Below are positions 17,629 to 28,800 of a stretch of 64,000 nucleotides of DNA, piece after piece (the stretch's first letter is position 1; each line of letters opens with the position of its first letter). The notes beneath the pieces were generated by a model. It made no database searches, was not told where the DNA came from, and was given only the letters and a program-made list of their open reading frames with translations. This DNA comes from an uncultured Mycoplasmatota bacterium (lineage in GTDB: Bacteria; Bacillota_I; Bacilli_A; RF39; UBA660), in assembly GCA_900545005.1 (NCBI GenBank), contig UQXO01000002.1, positions 1,901 through 65,900 on the forward strand. The letters are read 5' to 3'. A program made the translations under genes and the position numbers.

Positions 17629-18624
17629 CTATTTTTTATTCATTTCGATATGAAGATGATTATAAGCTTTTGAAGTTGCTACGCGACCACGCTGAGTTCT
17701 TTTAATGAAACCTTCTTGTAAGAGGAAAGGTTCCACCACATCTTCAATGGTAGTTGTCTCTTCCCCAATTGAGGTGGCAATGGTCCCTGCTCCCACTGGG
17801 CCACCATTAAATTTGGTAATTAAAGCATCTAGGTATTCTAAGTCAATAGAATCTAATCCTGATTCATCAACTTTTAACCGATTTAAAGCTCTTTTCGTTA
17901 ACTCAACATCAATCTTAGCATAATTTTCCACCAAGGCAAAGTCGCGAACCCTTTTAAATAAACGGTTAGCAATACGAGGAGTCTTACGACTTCTTTTAGC
18001 TAGCTCATAGGCAGCCTCTGTACTTATTGGCATATTTAAGACTTTAGAAGTTCTTAAAATAATGTCTTTTAATTCTTCATCAGTATAATAGTTTAGTTTT
18101 TCTACTATTCCAAAACGATCTCTTAAAGGACTGGAGATATCCCCCGCTCTAGTTGTCGCCCCAACTAAAGTAAATGGTGGCAATGGTAACTTAATATTTC
18201 GGGTATTCCCATCTTGTCCAACAACAATATCTAACTCAAAATCTTCCATTGCCGGATATAAAATTTCTTCAATAAATCTTGGCATTCGATGAATTTCATC
18301 GATAAATAAGACATCCCCTTCTTCTAAATCCGAAAGGATAGCGGCCAAATCTCCGGGCTTTTCAATCGAAGGACCAGAAGCGGTCTTAATATTTACTCCT
18401 AGCTCATGAGCAATAATATAAGCAAGAGTAGTTTTTCCTAATCCGGGAGGCCCATAAAGTAAGACATGATCTAAGACTTCATCACGCATCATACAGGCTT
18501 TAATAAACACTTTTAAATTAGCCTTTATCTCTTCTTGCCCAACATATTCACTAAGAGTCTCGGGTCTAATATTCTTATCAAAATCATTATCTTTTATATT
18601 AGCATTGTAAATATCTTCCTGCAT
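17629..18624 (-). CDS. ruvB: Holliday junction branch migration helicase RuvB
   Basis: [33 protein letters not shown], full length (331 aa). Confidence 0.95.
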   Translation of the reverse strand: MQEDIYNANIKDNDFDKNIRPETLSEYVGQEEIKANLKVFIKACMMRDEVLDHVLLYGPPGLGKTTLAYIIAHELGVNIKTASGPSIEKPGDLAAILSDLEEGDVLFIDEIHRMPRFIEEILYPAMEDFELDIVVGQDGNTRNIKLPLPPFTLVGATTRAGDISSPLRDRFGIVEKLNYYTDEELKDIILRTSKVLNMPISTEAAYELAKRSRKTPRIANRLFKRVRDFALVENYAKIDVELTKRALNRLKVDESGLDSIDLEYLDALITKFNGGPVGAGTIATSIGEETTTIEDVVEPFLLQEGFIKRTQRGRVATSKAYNHLHIEMNKK

Positions 18625-18626
18625 AC

Positions 18627-19196
18627 TTATTCTCCTTTAATTATATTGTATACTTCTTGAAATCCAGAAGCTCTTACCCCTTTATACTCCTTATTATACC
18701 ATGTATCAATTAATATTGTTTTTACCCCATATTTAGATACATCTTCTATCTGAATAATTGCATCATCAATAAAATAATCAATTCCTATTTCTTCGCACTT
18801 CTTTCCTTTTTGCGATAAGTTTATAAAACAATCCGTAAACTTAAAACCTTTCGTTGTTAAATCGTTTTTAGTAAGACTTAAAACATCAATGGCTTCATCA
18901 GCACTTCTTCTTGTCAAAAAATATATTTCATACCCTTCTTCATAGAGTTTATCTAAGTAATATAAAGCATCGCCTTTAGGAGTAGCTTTTAAATAAAGCT
19001 TATTCTTCCGAAAAAATTCAAAAAAGGCTTTTTTAATCTCACCAGTCCAATAAAACCTTTCTTTAAAATCATACTTATCCTTATCTTGGAATCCCTTATT
19101 TTCAACATATACTTTATCATAATAAAGAGCAGCCTTATCTATAACATCTAAGGTATTCATTACTGTATCATCTATATCAATCCCTATTTTTTTCAT
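18627..19196 (-). CDS. HAD-superfamily phosphatase, 5'(3')-deoxyribonucleotidase-like
   Basis: N-terminal IGIDIDDTV (DxDxT) and C-terminal YFIDDA. Sits between ruvA and ruvB with 2-3 nt gaps. Confidence 0.65.
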   Translation of the reverse strand: MKKIGIDIDDTVMNTLDVIDKAALYYDKVYVENKGFQDKDKYDFKERFYWTGEIKKAFFEFFRKNKLYLKATPKGDALYYLDKLYEEGYEIYFLTRRSADEAIDVLSLTKNDLTTKGFKFTDCFINLSQKGKKCEEIGIDYFIDDAIIQIEDVSKYGVKTILIDTWYNKEYKGVRASGFQEVYNIIKGE

Positions 19197-19199
19197 CTC

Positions 19200-19757
19200 T
19201 TACCTACTCATTAATAATTTTAATGCTTCCTTTATTTGACTTTCTAATTCTTTAGTCGCATCTACTTTAGGTAATATCGCCTTAATATCATTCTTTTTAT
19301 ACCCTAAAGATTCTAAGACACTAACTAATTCATCTAAGTCTTTAACAGCAAATAAGTCTTGATGATCAGCAAGTTTTCCTTTTAAATCTAAGATAATCTG
19401 TCTTGCTAGTTTATCCCCAACTTTAGGAAATTTTGTTAAGTAAACTAAGTTTTCTCTTTCAATTGCCTCAATTACATCAGCCGTATTACCTGTTGATACC
19501 ATCGGTAAAGCCATTTTAGGCCCTAAGCCTTTAACATTAATTAGTCTTAAAAATAAGTTCTTCTCTTCTTTTTTCTTAAAACCATATAGAGTATATTCAT
19601 CTTCTCTAATGTAGTTATATAAGTAGATAGTGTACTCTAAATTTTCTCTATAAACATAAGGGTTACCAACATAGATTTGATAGCCAATATTATTATTTTC
19701 AATGACAACAAAATTTGTCCCAATTTCTTTTATTATTCCTGTTATATAGTTATACAT
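19200..19757 (-). CDS. ruvA: Holliday junction DNA helicase subunit RuvA
   Basis: MYNYITGIIKEI..., LINVKGLGPKMAL, FPKVGDKLARQIILDLKGK (HhH motifs). Confidence 0.9.
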   Translation of the reverse strand: MYNYITGIIKEIGTNFVVIENNNIGYQIYVGNPYVYRENLEYTIYLYNYIREDEYTLYGFKKKEEKNLFLRLINVKGLGPKMALPMVSTGNTADVIEAIERENLVYLTKFPKVGDKLARQIILDLKGKLADHQDLFAVKDLDELVSVLESLGYKKNDIKAILPKVDATKELESQIKEALKLLMSR

Positions 19758-19781
19758 TTTTAAAACTTCCTTTTCTTTCCC

Positions 19782-19810
19782 ATAGTACCAACCTCCCCTC
19801 TCTTTGTCAA
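19782..19810 (-). promoter_or_regulatory. candidate sigma-A promoter of the ruvA operon
   Basis: Minus strand TTGACA - 17 nt - TACTAT, about 25 nt upstream of the ruvA ATG. Confidence 0.55.
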
Positions 19811-20380
19811 GATGGGATTGGTCTTTTTTGGTTTTTACTTTGCTAATACTGGTATTAATTTACCCCTCTATATATAATATATTAGGAGTCCACCTCGATT
19901 TTAATTCAAAAATGCTAAACTTTTCAAAAAAAATGGTTAGTTTCGCTTAAATTCCACCATATGCTAACTTTAAAGTTAAAAAAGAACTACAGATAACCAT
20001 AAATTTTTTTTATCTTTAGAACCCCTAGACCTCGAATCGGTAAAATATATTTCCAAAATAAAACATTCTAAACAAGAAAAAACAATATAAGTGAATATTA
20101 TCTATTTCTTAAACTTTACTTTTCATATTCCAACCACTTATATGGTTATAAACTCTATAAAAGAAAATGTAAATCAAATGTCAATATGAATACCTTGGAA
20201 AGTCAGTATTTATGGGACATCTACCAATTTTGCCACAGCTATGGCAAAATTCATTATCCCTACTTTTTATATAAAATTCAGCAAAAAATAATTGTAATTT
20301 TACGAACTTTAAGGTAGTATACTATATACTTTAGATGATACCCATTCAAGGAATATTTTCATTATTTATATAAGGGTATC

Positions 20381-20405
20381 AAAAAAAGAACTCTTTATGA
20401 GTTCT
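20381..20405 (-). terminator. rho-independent terminator of the Tad-like operon
   Basis: Minus strand AGAACTC ataaa GAGTTCT followed by TTTTTTT; overlaps the TAG stop at 20404-20406. Confidence 0.7.
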
Positions 20406-21192
20406 AACCATTCATCATCTGCATTACGGCAAGTACCAAAAGAATCATAACTCCAAGACCAGTGGAAATAAGCATACTCATAGTCTTATTTTCCATCTTA
20501 TCTAATCTTTCTTTATACTTTGTATCACGAGCTTTTTGTTGAAGATTAGAAATCGATCTAGAGAAATTTAATAATTGTTCTTGTTTTCTATCTTGACGAC
20601 CTAAACCTAAACGATAAAGTAAACGCATCATACGCATAGAATCTCTTACTGGATAAGTTCTTGCAAACTCCATATAAGGTTCAATGGAACTATCACCAGA
20701 ATTAATCTTGGCAATCATTTCAAGTAAGCCCTTCTTAAAGATTTCAGGAGCCGTATCCACGCTTTTACCAATCGCAACAGGTACCGTATAATGTTGAATT
20801 AAGATTTCTAAACCTTTTAAGTAATGAGGTAACATCGCATCAATAGTATGTAAGTTATTTTTATAATAACTCTTTAGATTACTATAACTAGATTTAAAAA
20901 TTAAAATTCCAGCGACAATTGCCACTATCACATAGATATAGCTAAACTTATTAATAAAGAAACAAATGACTAATAAAGCGGTTACTAACCCGGTGGTGAT
21001 TCTTTTCCCAAATAAGTAGTCAGGATCAACACCTTCACCATACTTAGTACGGACTAAAAAGTCATAATCACTTTCTTTAAATCTTAAGAAGTAACCGACA
21101 TTATCATTAATACACTTTTTAATATCAATTACCTTGGTCTTATTTAGAACAAAAATATATAAAGCAGATAACCCTAATATTTCAAAATACAT
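20404..21192 (-). CDS. TadC-like polytopic membrane protein (type II secretion system F-like)
   Basis: Called from its position after the CpaF/TadB-like genes, N- and C-terminal TM helices with a central cytoplasmic helical domain, and its size. Not called from a specific motif. Confidence 0.5.
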   Translation of the reverse strand: MYFEILGLSALYIFVLNKTKVIDIKKCINDNVGYFLRFKESDYDFLVRTKYGEGVDPDYLFGKRITTGLVTALLVICFFINKFSYIYVIVAIVAGILIFKSSYSNLKSYYKNNLHTIDAMLPHYLKGLEILIQHYTVPVAIGKSVDTAPEIFKKGLLEMIAKINSGDSSIEPYMEFARTYPVRDSMRMMRLLYRLGLGRQDRKQEQLLNFSRSISNLQQKARDTKYKERLDKMENKTMSMLISTGLGVMILLVLAVMQMMNG

Positions 21193-21194
21193 AT

Positions 21195-22097
21195 CTACTC
21201 AACCCCCACATCTTCATTGTAATATTTTTCTCCTGTTAACAAGAAGTAACAGTTGATAATAATAATTAGGTGTAAGATTAATTTAACATACCACATATCC
21301 AGTAATTTAATATATGAGTCTTTTCCTAAAAGAAATTGCATTACAGCGGCTAGTAAGAACAAAGCCATACCAAAGGTTAAGAATTTCTTATGGAAGTTTG
21401 CTCTATCCATTCTGTCACGATAGACACTTTCTACTAAAGCATCGATATCTAAAGACATATTTTCTAAAGACTCACCAGCATCGCGGGAACCTTCCTTAGT
21501 TATCTGGTAGAACAATTGGTGCATGTTTTTAACCATATAATAAGGATACTTTTCATTGAAATAAGCAATCGATTGATCAATGGTACCATTAGCATAAGCC
21601 ATATTTATCATCATCTGAACATCATCTACTACAGGTTTTTCTAAGATACCAGATTCTACAACACCTTCTAGAGACTTAACAAAACTCTGAGTCGTATTAA
21701 ATTCCATGATAACGTTAGTCGTATAAGTCTGAATCTGTTCGAAGATATATTCTGAATAGATTCTTTGCGTACGTAAATAAGATAAGTATGGGATAAAAGC
21801 AATAGCAATCGCAGCATATATAATAGTTATAAATAGATTATAGAAGTAAAGATAAGCAATACCGCCCGCAACAACTCCAAATAAAACAACTTGACTAATA
21901 TATTGTTTAACAGTATATTCCTCGCCTAGCTCTTTGGTTTTCTCTCGGACTTGTTTAAAACTATAAGGAGCATATTTATCATAAAGACTAGTAACACCAT
22001 CTTGAATAAATTTAAAAGCTCCTTTAGCGCCGTCTGTCGCATTCATACGATAAGAGTAAGCAAAGAGTGCTAAAGCAATTAAGATTATTAATTCCAT
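21195..22097 (-). CDS. TadB-like polytopic membrane protein (type II secretion system F-like)
   Basis: Same topology logic: a TM helix at the N-terminus, a pair mid-protein (VVLFGVVAGGIAYLYFYNLFITIIYAAIAIAFIPYL) and TM helices at the C-terminus. Lies directly after the CpaF-like ATPase. Confidence 0.5.
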   Translation of the reverse strand: MELIILIALALFAYSYRMNATDGAKGAFKFIQDGVTSLYDKYAPYSFKQVREKTKELGEEYTVKQYISQVVLFGVVAGGIAYLYFYNLFITIIYAAIAIAFIPYLSYLRTQRIYSEYIFEQIQTYTTNVIMEFNTTQSFVKSLEGVVESGILEKPVVDDVQMMINMAYANGTIDQSIAYFNEKYPYYMVKNMHQLFYQITKEGSRDAGESLENMSLDIDALVESVYRDRMDRANFHKKFLTFGMALFLLAAVMQFLLGKDSYIKLLDMWYVKLILHLIIIINCYFLLTGEKYYNEDVGVE

Positions 22098-22107
22098 ATT
22101 ATTCCTC

Positions 22108-23424
22108 CTATAAGACTTCTTCTGGGATAGTGCTTGTTGGATTTTCTTTATTTAGGGTATTTAAGGCTGTATTATTAAGATTTTCAGGGATTCCATTAGC
22201 AATACTAGTATTTCCTCTACTTGGATTTACTCCGACATTAGGTTGATTATTCAAAGGAGTTTGATCATTACCTGGACTAGGAGTACTAACTTTATTAGTT
22301 CCTCCACTTTCTTCTTCTTTATACTTTTCTAAATCAGCTTCTATATCACCATCATACTCCGTATTAGTTCCTAGATGGAAAGTATCTTTATCTAACATAA
22401 CATTTTGAATACTTAAGTAATCTAGTAAGTGTTGAGTAGGATTTTTTAAGATATAATGTCCATCTAGAGCTTTTTTATAGATTTCATTAGTCTGAGGTTT
22501 ATTATTTTCATCGACATAGAATTCACATATTTCAATAATCTCTCTTTGGAAACGATTAAATTTCTTACTGAAATAACCTTTAACATAAATACCTACTTGG
22601 ACATAACGATGAATAGTATTTAAGAATTGTTCAACGTCTTGACTAGATTCCATCAAGGAATACATACGTAGGGGAATGGATGAGGCTTTATCAGCATGAA
22701 TAGTAGAAAGAATATTATGTCCTGAGGAAATAGCATTTCTTACTGACATAACGGCCTCGCCAGAACGTACCTCGGATAGTAATATCCAAATAGGGTTCTG
22801 ACGCATACAAGCTACTAGAACATCAGTATAACTACAGATATTATTAGTCTTCATAGCGACAATATCACGATGGGGGAAAATACGGTCTAAGTGTAATTCT
22901 AAAGTATCTTCAATCGTAATAATTTTTTCATTTTCCTTAATATTAGAAGCCAAGTATTTTAAAAGTTCAGTTTTACCAGAACCGGTTTCACCAGCGACAA
23001 TAATATTAGCATGACCTGCTACACACTTCATTAAGAAGTCATGTAAGGTTTCCGTGATATATTCTTCATTAATTAATTTTTGTTTATTAAGACGGATTTT
23101 AGCGGGAGTCTTACGGATAAGACAAGCAATACCGTTCGTAGCAATTGATTCATGGATGAAATTCATACGAAGTTCAGCAGATTCAGCATCTAATAAGGGG
23201 TGCGCCATATTGAAGGTTTTCCCCATAACATTAGAACACTGGAAGGCAAGCTTTTCCATAAAAGTATTATTAATATCGGGACGTTCTACTTGATAAACGC
23301 CTTTGGATAAGGTTTTTAACCAAACTTGACCATTATTAGAATAAGAAATATCGGTAATATCATCATCAGCTAAGAATTCGGCCAAGGGACCGAAGTCCAT
23401 TTGTTCAAAGATTGCTTCATTCAT
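22108..23424 (-). CDS. CpaF/TadA/VirB11-family secretion ATPase with a disordered C-terminal tail
   Basis: IIVAGETGSGKTELLKYL (Walker A), ITIEDTLEL, PIWILLSEVRSGEA, GHNILSTIHA. The last ~70 aa are N/P/S/T-rich. Confidence 0.85.
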   Translation of the reverse strand: MNEAIFEQMDFGPLAEFLADDDITDISYSNNGQVWLKTLSKGVYQVERPDINNTFMEKLAFQCSNVMGKTFNMAHPLLDAESAELRMNFIHESIATNGIACLIRKTPAKIRLNKQKLINEEYITETLHDFLMKCVAGHANIIVAGETGSGKTELLKYLASNIKENEKIITIEDTLELHLDRIFPHRDIVAMKTNNICSYTDVLVACMRQNPIWILLSEVRSGEAVMSVRNAISSGHNILSTIHADKASSIPLRMYSLMESSQDVEQFLNTIHRYVQVGIYVKGYFSKKFNRFQREIIEICEFYVDENNKPQTNEIYKKALDGHYILKNPTQHLLDYLSIQNVMLDKDTFHLGTNTEYDGDIEADLEKYKEEESGGTNKVSTPSPGNDQTPLNNQPNVGVNPSRGNTSIANGIPENLNNTALNTLNKENPTSTIPEEVL

Positions 23425-23438
23425 AATATTCCTTCTTT

Positions 23439-24212
23439 CTAATTAGTTATGGTTTCTGTTTTATTATATATATAATTAGTAATTTCTTCAGTTGAGACGG
23501 TAGTAGAACCTTCTTCTTTAGTATAGTTAGAGTTTCTTGGTACGGGAATAATTTCCACATTAGTAACATATTCACTCTTCTTTAGAAGGTCAAATAACTT
23601 ATCTTCAACTTCGAATAGTAAAGCGGCTGGTGTTCCTCCTGATAGAGTATTTTCTAAAAGAGAATTACCACTAGAGTCTTTAATTGCTTTAATCTTAATT
23701 GATTTTACTAAGATAGCCATCATAACTTTACCATTGTCTTTAGCTTCCATATAAAGGTCAATATAATCTCCGGGACGGAAACGATTCGAATAGGTTGATT
23801 TATTATTAACTTTTAAAGAATAAACCGTATAACCATCTTGCATATTCATAAAAGCATAATCAGGCATTTCTTCTTCTTTTAAGACGGATTCGGTATAGAA
23901 TAAACTTTTAGCGGGAATATCACTAGAATAACTAGAATAATAATTAATTAGTTCTTTATCCGTAGTTATTATATTCTTAGCATTTTTAACAAGGGTACGA
24001 GGGACTTTAACGTGTCCTATCATCTCCTTAGTAATTTGGGTTTTTCTAGGAATTTCTTTTAGAGCATAAGGAATGCTAACAAGGTCGATAGCCTTATTAA
24101 CTCGGTAGTTATAACCGATTACTAAGACTAAAATTCCGGCTAGAATACATAAAATTGTTACGGTGTTTTTATTTTGAATAAATCTTTTTATTGGTGCTAG
24201 GGCATTTTTCAT
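23439..24212 (-). CDS. CpaB/RcpC-like (SAF domain) pilus-assembly protein, paralog 2
   Basis: N-terminal TM, then VSIPYALKEIPRKTQITKEMIGHVKVP (SAF-like), ...GDYIDLYMEA..., IKIKAIKDSSGN, TPAALLFEVEDKLFDLLKKSEY. Clearly paralogous to the next gene. Confidence 0.7.
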   Translation of the reverse strand: MKNALAPIKRFIQNKNTVTILCILAGILVLVIGYNYRVNKAIDLVSIPYALKEIPRKTQITKEMIGHVKVPRTLVKNAKNIITTDKELINYYSSYSSDIPAKSLFYTESVLKEEEMPDYAFMNMQDGYTVYSLKVNNKSTYSNRFRPGDYIDLYMEAKDNGKVMMAILVKSIKIKAIKDSSGNSLLENTLSGGTPAALLFEVEDKLFDLLKKSEYVTNVEIIPVPRNSNYTKEEGSTTVSTEEITNYIYNKTETITN

Positions 24213-25027
24213 TAGTTAGTCGCCTCATTTCCATTAGTATTAGGGGTATTAAAATTCTGACTGACACTAATTGATTTTGATAAAATAAAGTTTTGGATAT
24301 ATTGAGAATCAATTGTAGCATCTCTATCGGTTGATGAATAGCTAGCATTTCTTGGAATTGGCATAACACTTATACCACCAATGTACTCGGTTTTCTTTAA
24401 AAGAGTATATAATTCATCAGGAACTGCAAACCACATCTGAGCAGGAGTTCTAGTATCACTGGATGATTCAAAGACATCATTTCCACTAGAGTCTAGGACT
24501 GCTAAGACTTTTATTCCTTGAATTAAACGACCAAAGATAACTTTATTCGTACTAGATGTTGCTTTAACAAATAAATCAACATAATTTCCTGTATAGATAG
24601 AATTTCCATAAGTCGAGTTGATATCAACTGCTAGGTTATAAGCAGTATACCCATCTGGAATATTAGAAAATTCATTAGTAGTAGCTTCTTCAAAAGAGAC
24701 AATATAGTCTTTATAGAAGAAACTATTAGCGGGAATAGTTTCTCCATACTTAACATAATTACTAGTTATGTTAGCACTAGAAGTTACTATTCCTAGACTT
24801 TTAGCTATTCTTTTTGGTAATTCGGTATAGCCAATAGCATCTGCCGTAATTTGACTACGACTAGTTAATTCTTTTTTCGCATAAGGGACTCTAATAGTGG
24901 TTACGGCTTGATTGACACGGTAGTTATAGATAGCATAAAGACCAATGATACCAAGGATAACAATGATTATTGTTAGAGTGTTCTTATTCGATAAGACTTT
25001 TTTTATTTCTTGTTTTACTTTATCCAT
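24212..25027 (-). CDS. CpaB/RcpC-like (SAF domain) pilus-assembly protein, paralog 1
   Basis: N-terminal TM, IRVPYAKKELTSRSQITADAIGYTELP, GNYVDLFVKA, IKVLAVLDSSGN, TPAQMWFAVPDELYTLLKKTEY. TAATG-type 1-nt overlap with paralog 2. Confidence 0.7.
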   Translation of the reverse strand: MDKVKQEIKKVLSNKNTLTIIIVILGIIGLYAIYNYRVNQAVTTIRVPYAKKELTSRSQITADAIGYTELPKRIAKSLGIVTSSANITSNYVKYGETIPANSFFYKDYIVSFEEATTNEFSNIPDGYTAYNLAVDINSTYGNSIYTGNYVDLFVKATSSTNKVIFGRLIQGIKVLAVLDSSGNDVFESSSDTRTPAQMWFAVPDELYTLLKKTEYIGGISVMPIPRNASYSSTDRDATIDSQYIQNFILSKSISVSQNFNTPNTNGNEATN

Positions 25028-25043
25028 TTTTATTCTCCCTTAT

Positions 25044-25856
25044 TTAATCTATTTTATTTAGCCAGCCCCTAGAAATAGCATAACCAATAATGCCACTTGT
25101 TGTGTTAGAAGCGGCCGCACCAGTTTCTCTAGTTGGATCGTTGTTAATAAATTCATTTAGAGAATCACTACCAAAAGAACGGCTAAAGTCTAAAATCATC
25201 GCTTTAATAAATTCTGACCAATAAGTACCAACATTATTATCAACTTTACTAGCATCGCCATTCTGGCTAGCCCATTTTCTTAAATTTGGTAAGTTAGCAC
25301 TCAAAATACGATTTCTTAAGTCTTGATTTAAACCATCAGTACCAGTTTCATTTAAGACCTTTTGTAAGGTGATAGCAAGTTCTGGAGTTGGATTATAAGT
25401 TAAACATTTTTGAACGCTATCGCCACCGGTTGTACTCGAAGTAGTTCCCTCAGAACCGCCAACTAAAACCATATCAATTTTATTAACTAAATCAAAGCTA
25501 TTGTTAGTTGTACCAGCAATATTTACAGAATTACTAACACTAGATATTTTAACACTTACTTTTGGAGGTACTTCATGAATATCATAAAATGATATATTAT
25601 ATTCTTTTGTCATTGTTGCTGACTCAGAGAAACGGCGAATGAAGTTTTCAATAAACTTTTCTTTAGAAATTTTTAAATCACCATATAAACGATAATATGA
25701 GTAGTCAACAGCATCAACCATCGATGCCGATGCTGTTTCCTTTAACTCGTAATAGTCTTGGGTAGTTCCCGTTGTGGTACTACTAATTAGAAGCATAACG
25801 CCTATAACTAGGATACCTAGCATTACTAACCAGTAGCCCCAGTAAGATTCTTTCAT
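25044..25856 (-). CDS. N-terminally membrane-anchored protein (270 aa), unknown function
   Basis: WGYWLVMLGILVIGVMLLISS hydrophobic N-terminus and T/S-rich linkers. Lies between the giant gene and the CpaB-like genes. Confidence 0.6.
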   Translation of the reverse strand: MKESYWGYWLVMLGILVIGVMLLISSTTTGTTQDYYELKETASASMVDAVDYSYYRLYGDLKISKEKFIENFIRRFSESATMTKEYNISFYDIHEVPPKVSVKISSVSNSVNIAGTTNNSFDLVNKIDMVLVGGSEGTTSSTTGGDSVQKCLTYNPTPELAITLQKVLNETGTDGLNQDLRNRILSANLPNLRKWASQNGDASKVDNNVGTYWSEFIKAMILDFSRSFGSDSLNEFINNDPTRETGAAASNTTSGIIGYAISRGWLNKID

Positions 25857-25873
25857 ATTCTTCTACCTCTTTT

Positions 25874-28800
25874 CTATTTTAAATAACTATCGATTTTACA
25901 AGATGAGTATTCACTATTAGATTGAATATCAGCAAGGAATTGTGATTTATATTCACGAGATTCTTTACTAATTGAACTTGCACTATAGTCGCCAAATCCT
26001 AAATCGATTATTTCTTGATTTTTATTATAAGTCTTAATAGCATTCATACAAGCAGAATTCATAGTAATAGAGTATTCTAAGTATTTTTCATCATCTGCAT
26101 AAATACCATCGCCAACGTCTTCAATTTGTTTAATGATATCACTAAGTTTTTGACCTTTTCTGTCAGTAGTATTTTCAACACCAGAAGTTTCACCACTCCA
26201 GTTATATCCCTTAGATGAATTACCATTAGGGAATAAATCATAGTTAGATACAACCTTAGTATAGAATTGTAATGTACCATTATTACCAATTAAAGCCGAA
26301 CTATTATTAGTAGTTATAGTGGTTTGAAGAGCGCTATCTTCACCATATAATTTAATACCTTGGCAATGATTGTTACATACATTGTTATAAATTTCATTGC
26401 TGGCTGGGACTTTAGTTGCTTCTACATAGCTACAACAAGTATCACCATCTGCTAGTAGTTTATTAATACAAGCATTAGCTTTATTTTCGTATTCTTCATA
26501 TAACTTGTCGTCTTTATTAGTATGAAGGAATAAGTCTAAGTAAGATTTTTCATCATCATTTTGACAATCAGATGATTTCAAGATATCTTCACAGCTTGGA
26601 ATAACAGTATCTGGTTCTGCTTTAACTTCGTAGTTGCATACATATTGGTTAGCAAGAAGTCCACTAACATAACCATTATCATCAACAATACGACCTAAAG
26701 AATAAGTATTGTTATAGTATTGACCTAAATTATTAATTTTAATTTGATAACTATATTTACCTGGCATTGTTGATAGAGCTATTGGATATACTAAACCTTC
26801 AGCTTTTTTCTCTGAGCCATCAGTCGTTACGATGTCAGTATTTTTAATAGCTTCATCACCAGCATCAACTAAGATTGGAGCTTCGGTTGTATCATTAAAG
26901 TTATTAGGATTGGTTACATAGATACCTTTATTAGAATATGTCCAGTATGGCTGACTTGATTTATAATAGATAAATTTCTGTGAGCCTTGACCATTAATAC
27001 TTGAGGCAATATCATTTACTTTATTTAAGAATCCTGATGTAGTACCGCCAACTTTATTAGTAGCCCAAGTTGCTATATTAGATAATAAACTTTGTAGATT
27101 GAAACCAGCAATTGAGACACCTGGATTACCATATCTTGAAATAGTGGCAACACGTTTAACGTTACGGTATTTAACATTTTGTCCCTCTTGAACATGAGCA
27201 ATTAATTTTGTAACAATTGAAGTTTCTAGTCCTTTGAAATTTGCACTTGCAATTGATGATGTTGCTTCTTTAAAGACATTAGAGGTTCCCTTATAACTTA
27301 AATCATAGGCAATTGAACCTGGTATATAAGTATTTACTGAACCAGCTACATCTTCATCAGAAGATAAACCAAACAAATTACATAATTTTTCATTACCTTT
27401 ACAGATATTATTAGTAAATTCTTGAACTTGAGGTATTTCTTTAAGATTACTAAATAATTGTCCGATAACTTCCTTATTTTCATTAAAGAATTTAGCTACA
27501 TCATTAGAGTTATTACCATTTAATAATGCAGCAGCAATGCTACCTAACATTCCATCAGATGTTACACAAGTACCATCCATAATATTATTCCAATCTTGGA
27601 TTTTATTTATATCAACATCTTTATAACAATAATAGGTTGAAACATCAGGAGTTTCATTTTTATTAATAGCTTGTAAAGTAATACTATTAGTTGTTTTATT
27701 ATTCTTATTAGCCATAAATTCTAATAAGTTATTATTTTTATAACCATAAGTAAATGTTATCTCTGGGTCCATTTGATATTCTTGATCCCAAATTGTGCAA
27801 GCATTCATATTTGAAGCTTTACTAAGAAGATCCGTACGGTAATTTTCATATTCATCTTTATATTTACGCATTTGTTCTCTTAGACTGGCTATATAAGCAT
27901 AATATGGACTAAATGTTCCTCTTAAGTAATAATAGCCATCAAAAGCATAATCTAAAACTTCAGATATATCCTTTTCAGTTAAAGATAATATATCTTTGGC
28001 ATCACCAACAGCTTGAAAAATTTCATTTATTGTTGAAAGTACTCCACTTACATCACCAAGACTACCAAAGCTTGAAGAATTTAGTTTCTTTATGCTTCTC
28101 TTGGTTGGATTTTTCAAGATATTACTTGCATTAGAAATAGCATTAAATGTTACTTGAACATTACCAATAGCTTTAGTTGTCGTATTAGTTGCCTTTTGGA
28201 ATGATTCTACACTCTTTCCTAAGTTTCTAAAATTAAAGTAAACACCAAAATGCATTGATTTCATAATATAGCTGCTAGGATCCATTATCCAAACTTCGAT
28301 TTCATTTCCGGTTGTTTCTTTACTAATAGTTTTAGTTGTATCCTGGACAAATTTTGAACTTAGTTTAGTTTCATTAGAAGTAGAATTCTCTAATTTAAAG
28401 ACATCAGTTGTATAAGTATATGGTTGAGCTTTTTGAATATTAAAAATTTTAAGTGTACCTTGAGTACTTGAATTAGTATTAGTTACGACATTTTTAACAG
28501 CAGTTGAACCTTGGGCATAAATTTGGCAAACGTCAGCACCAAGAAATCGTCCTACATTACATAAGAATGTTATAAAGCCTTTACCAATAGCATCTAAAGC
28601 CACACTGCCAAGACTCTTTAAACCAGTTTTGGCTAAATTACCAACCTCATTAGCTATTGTGTCTTTAACACCATCAATTGAAGTATTAATTTTATCTTTA
28701 TATTGTTCAAAAGTATCACCAAATGCAGTTTCAGCAGATTCTTTAAAGGCGTTAGTAATTGTATCAGAATTTAAATCACCACTAAGAAATTCTCCGGCAA

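Noticed and set aside
24169-24369. Internal out-of-frame ORFs inside long genes (24169-24369, 26077-26289, 46254-46490, 51441-51665, 52932-53129 and similar plus-strand ORFs)
   Set aside because: All are nested within longer genes that have strong motif support, and all lack SD sequences. They are typical AT-rich shadow ORFs.
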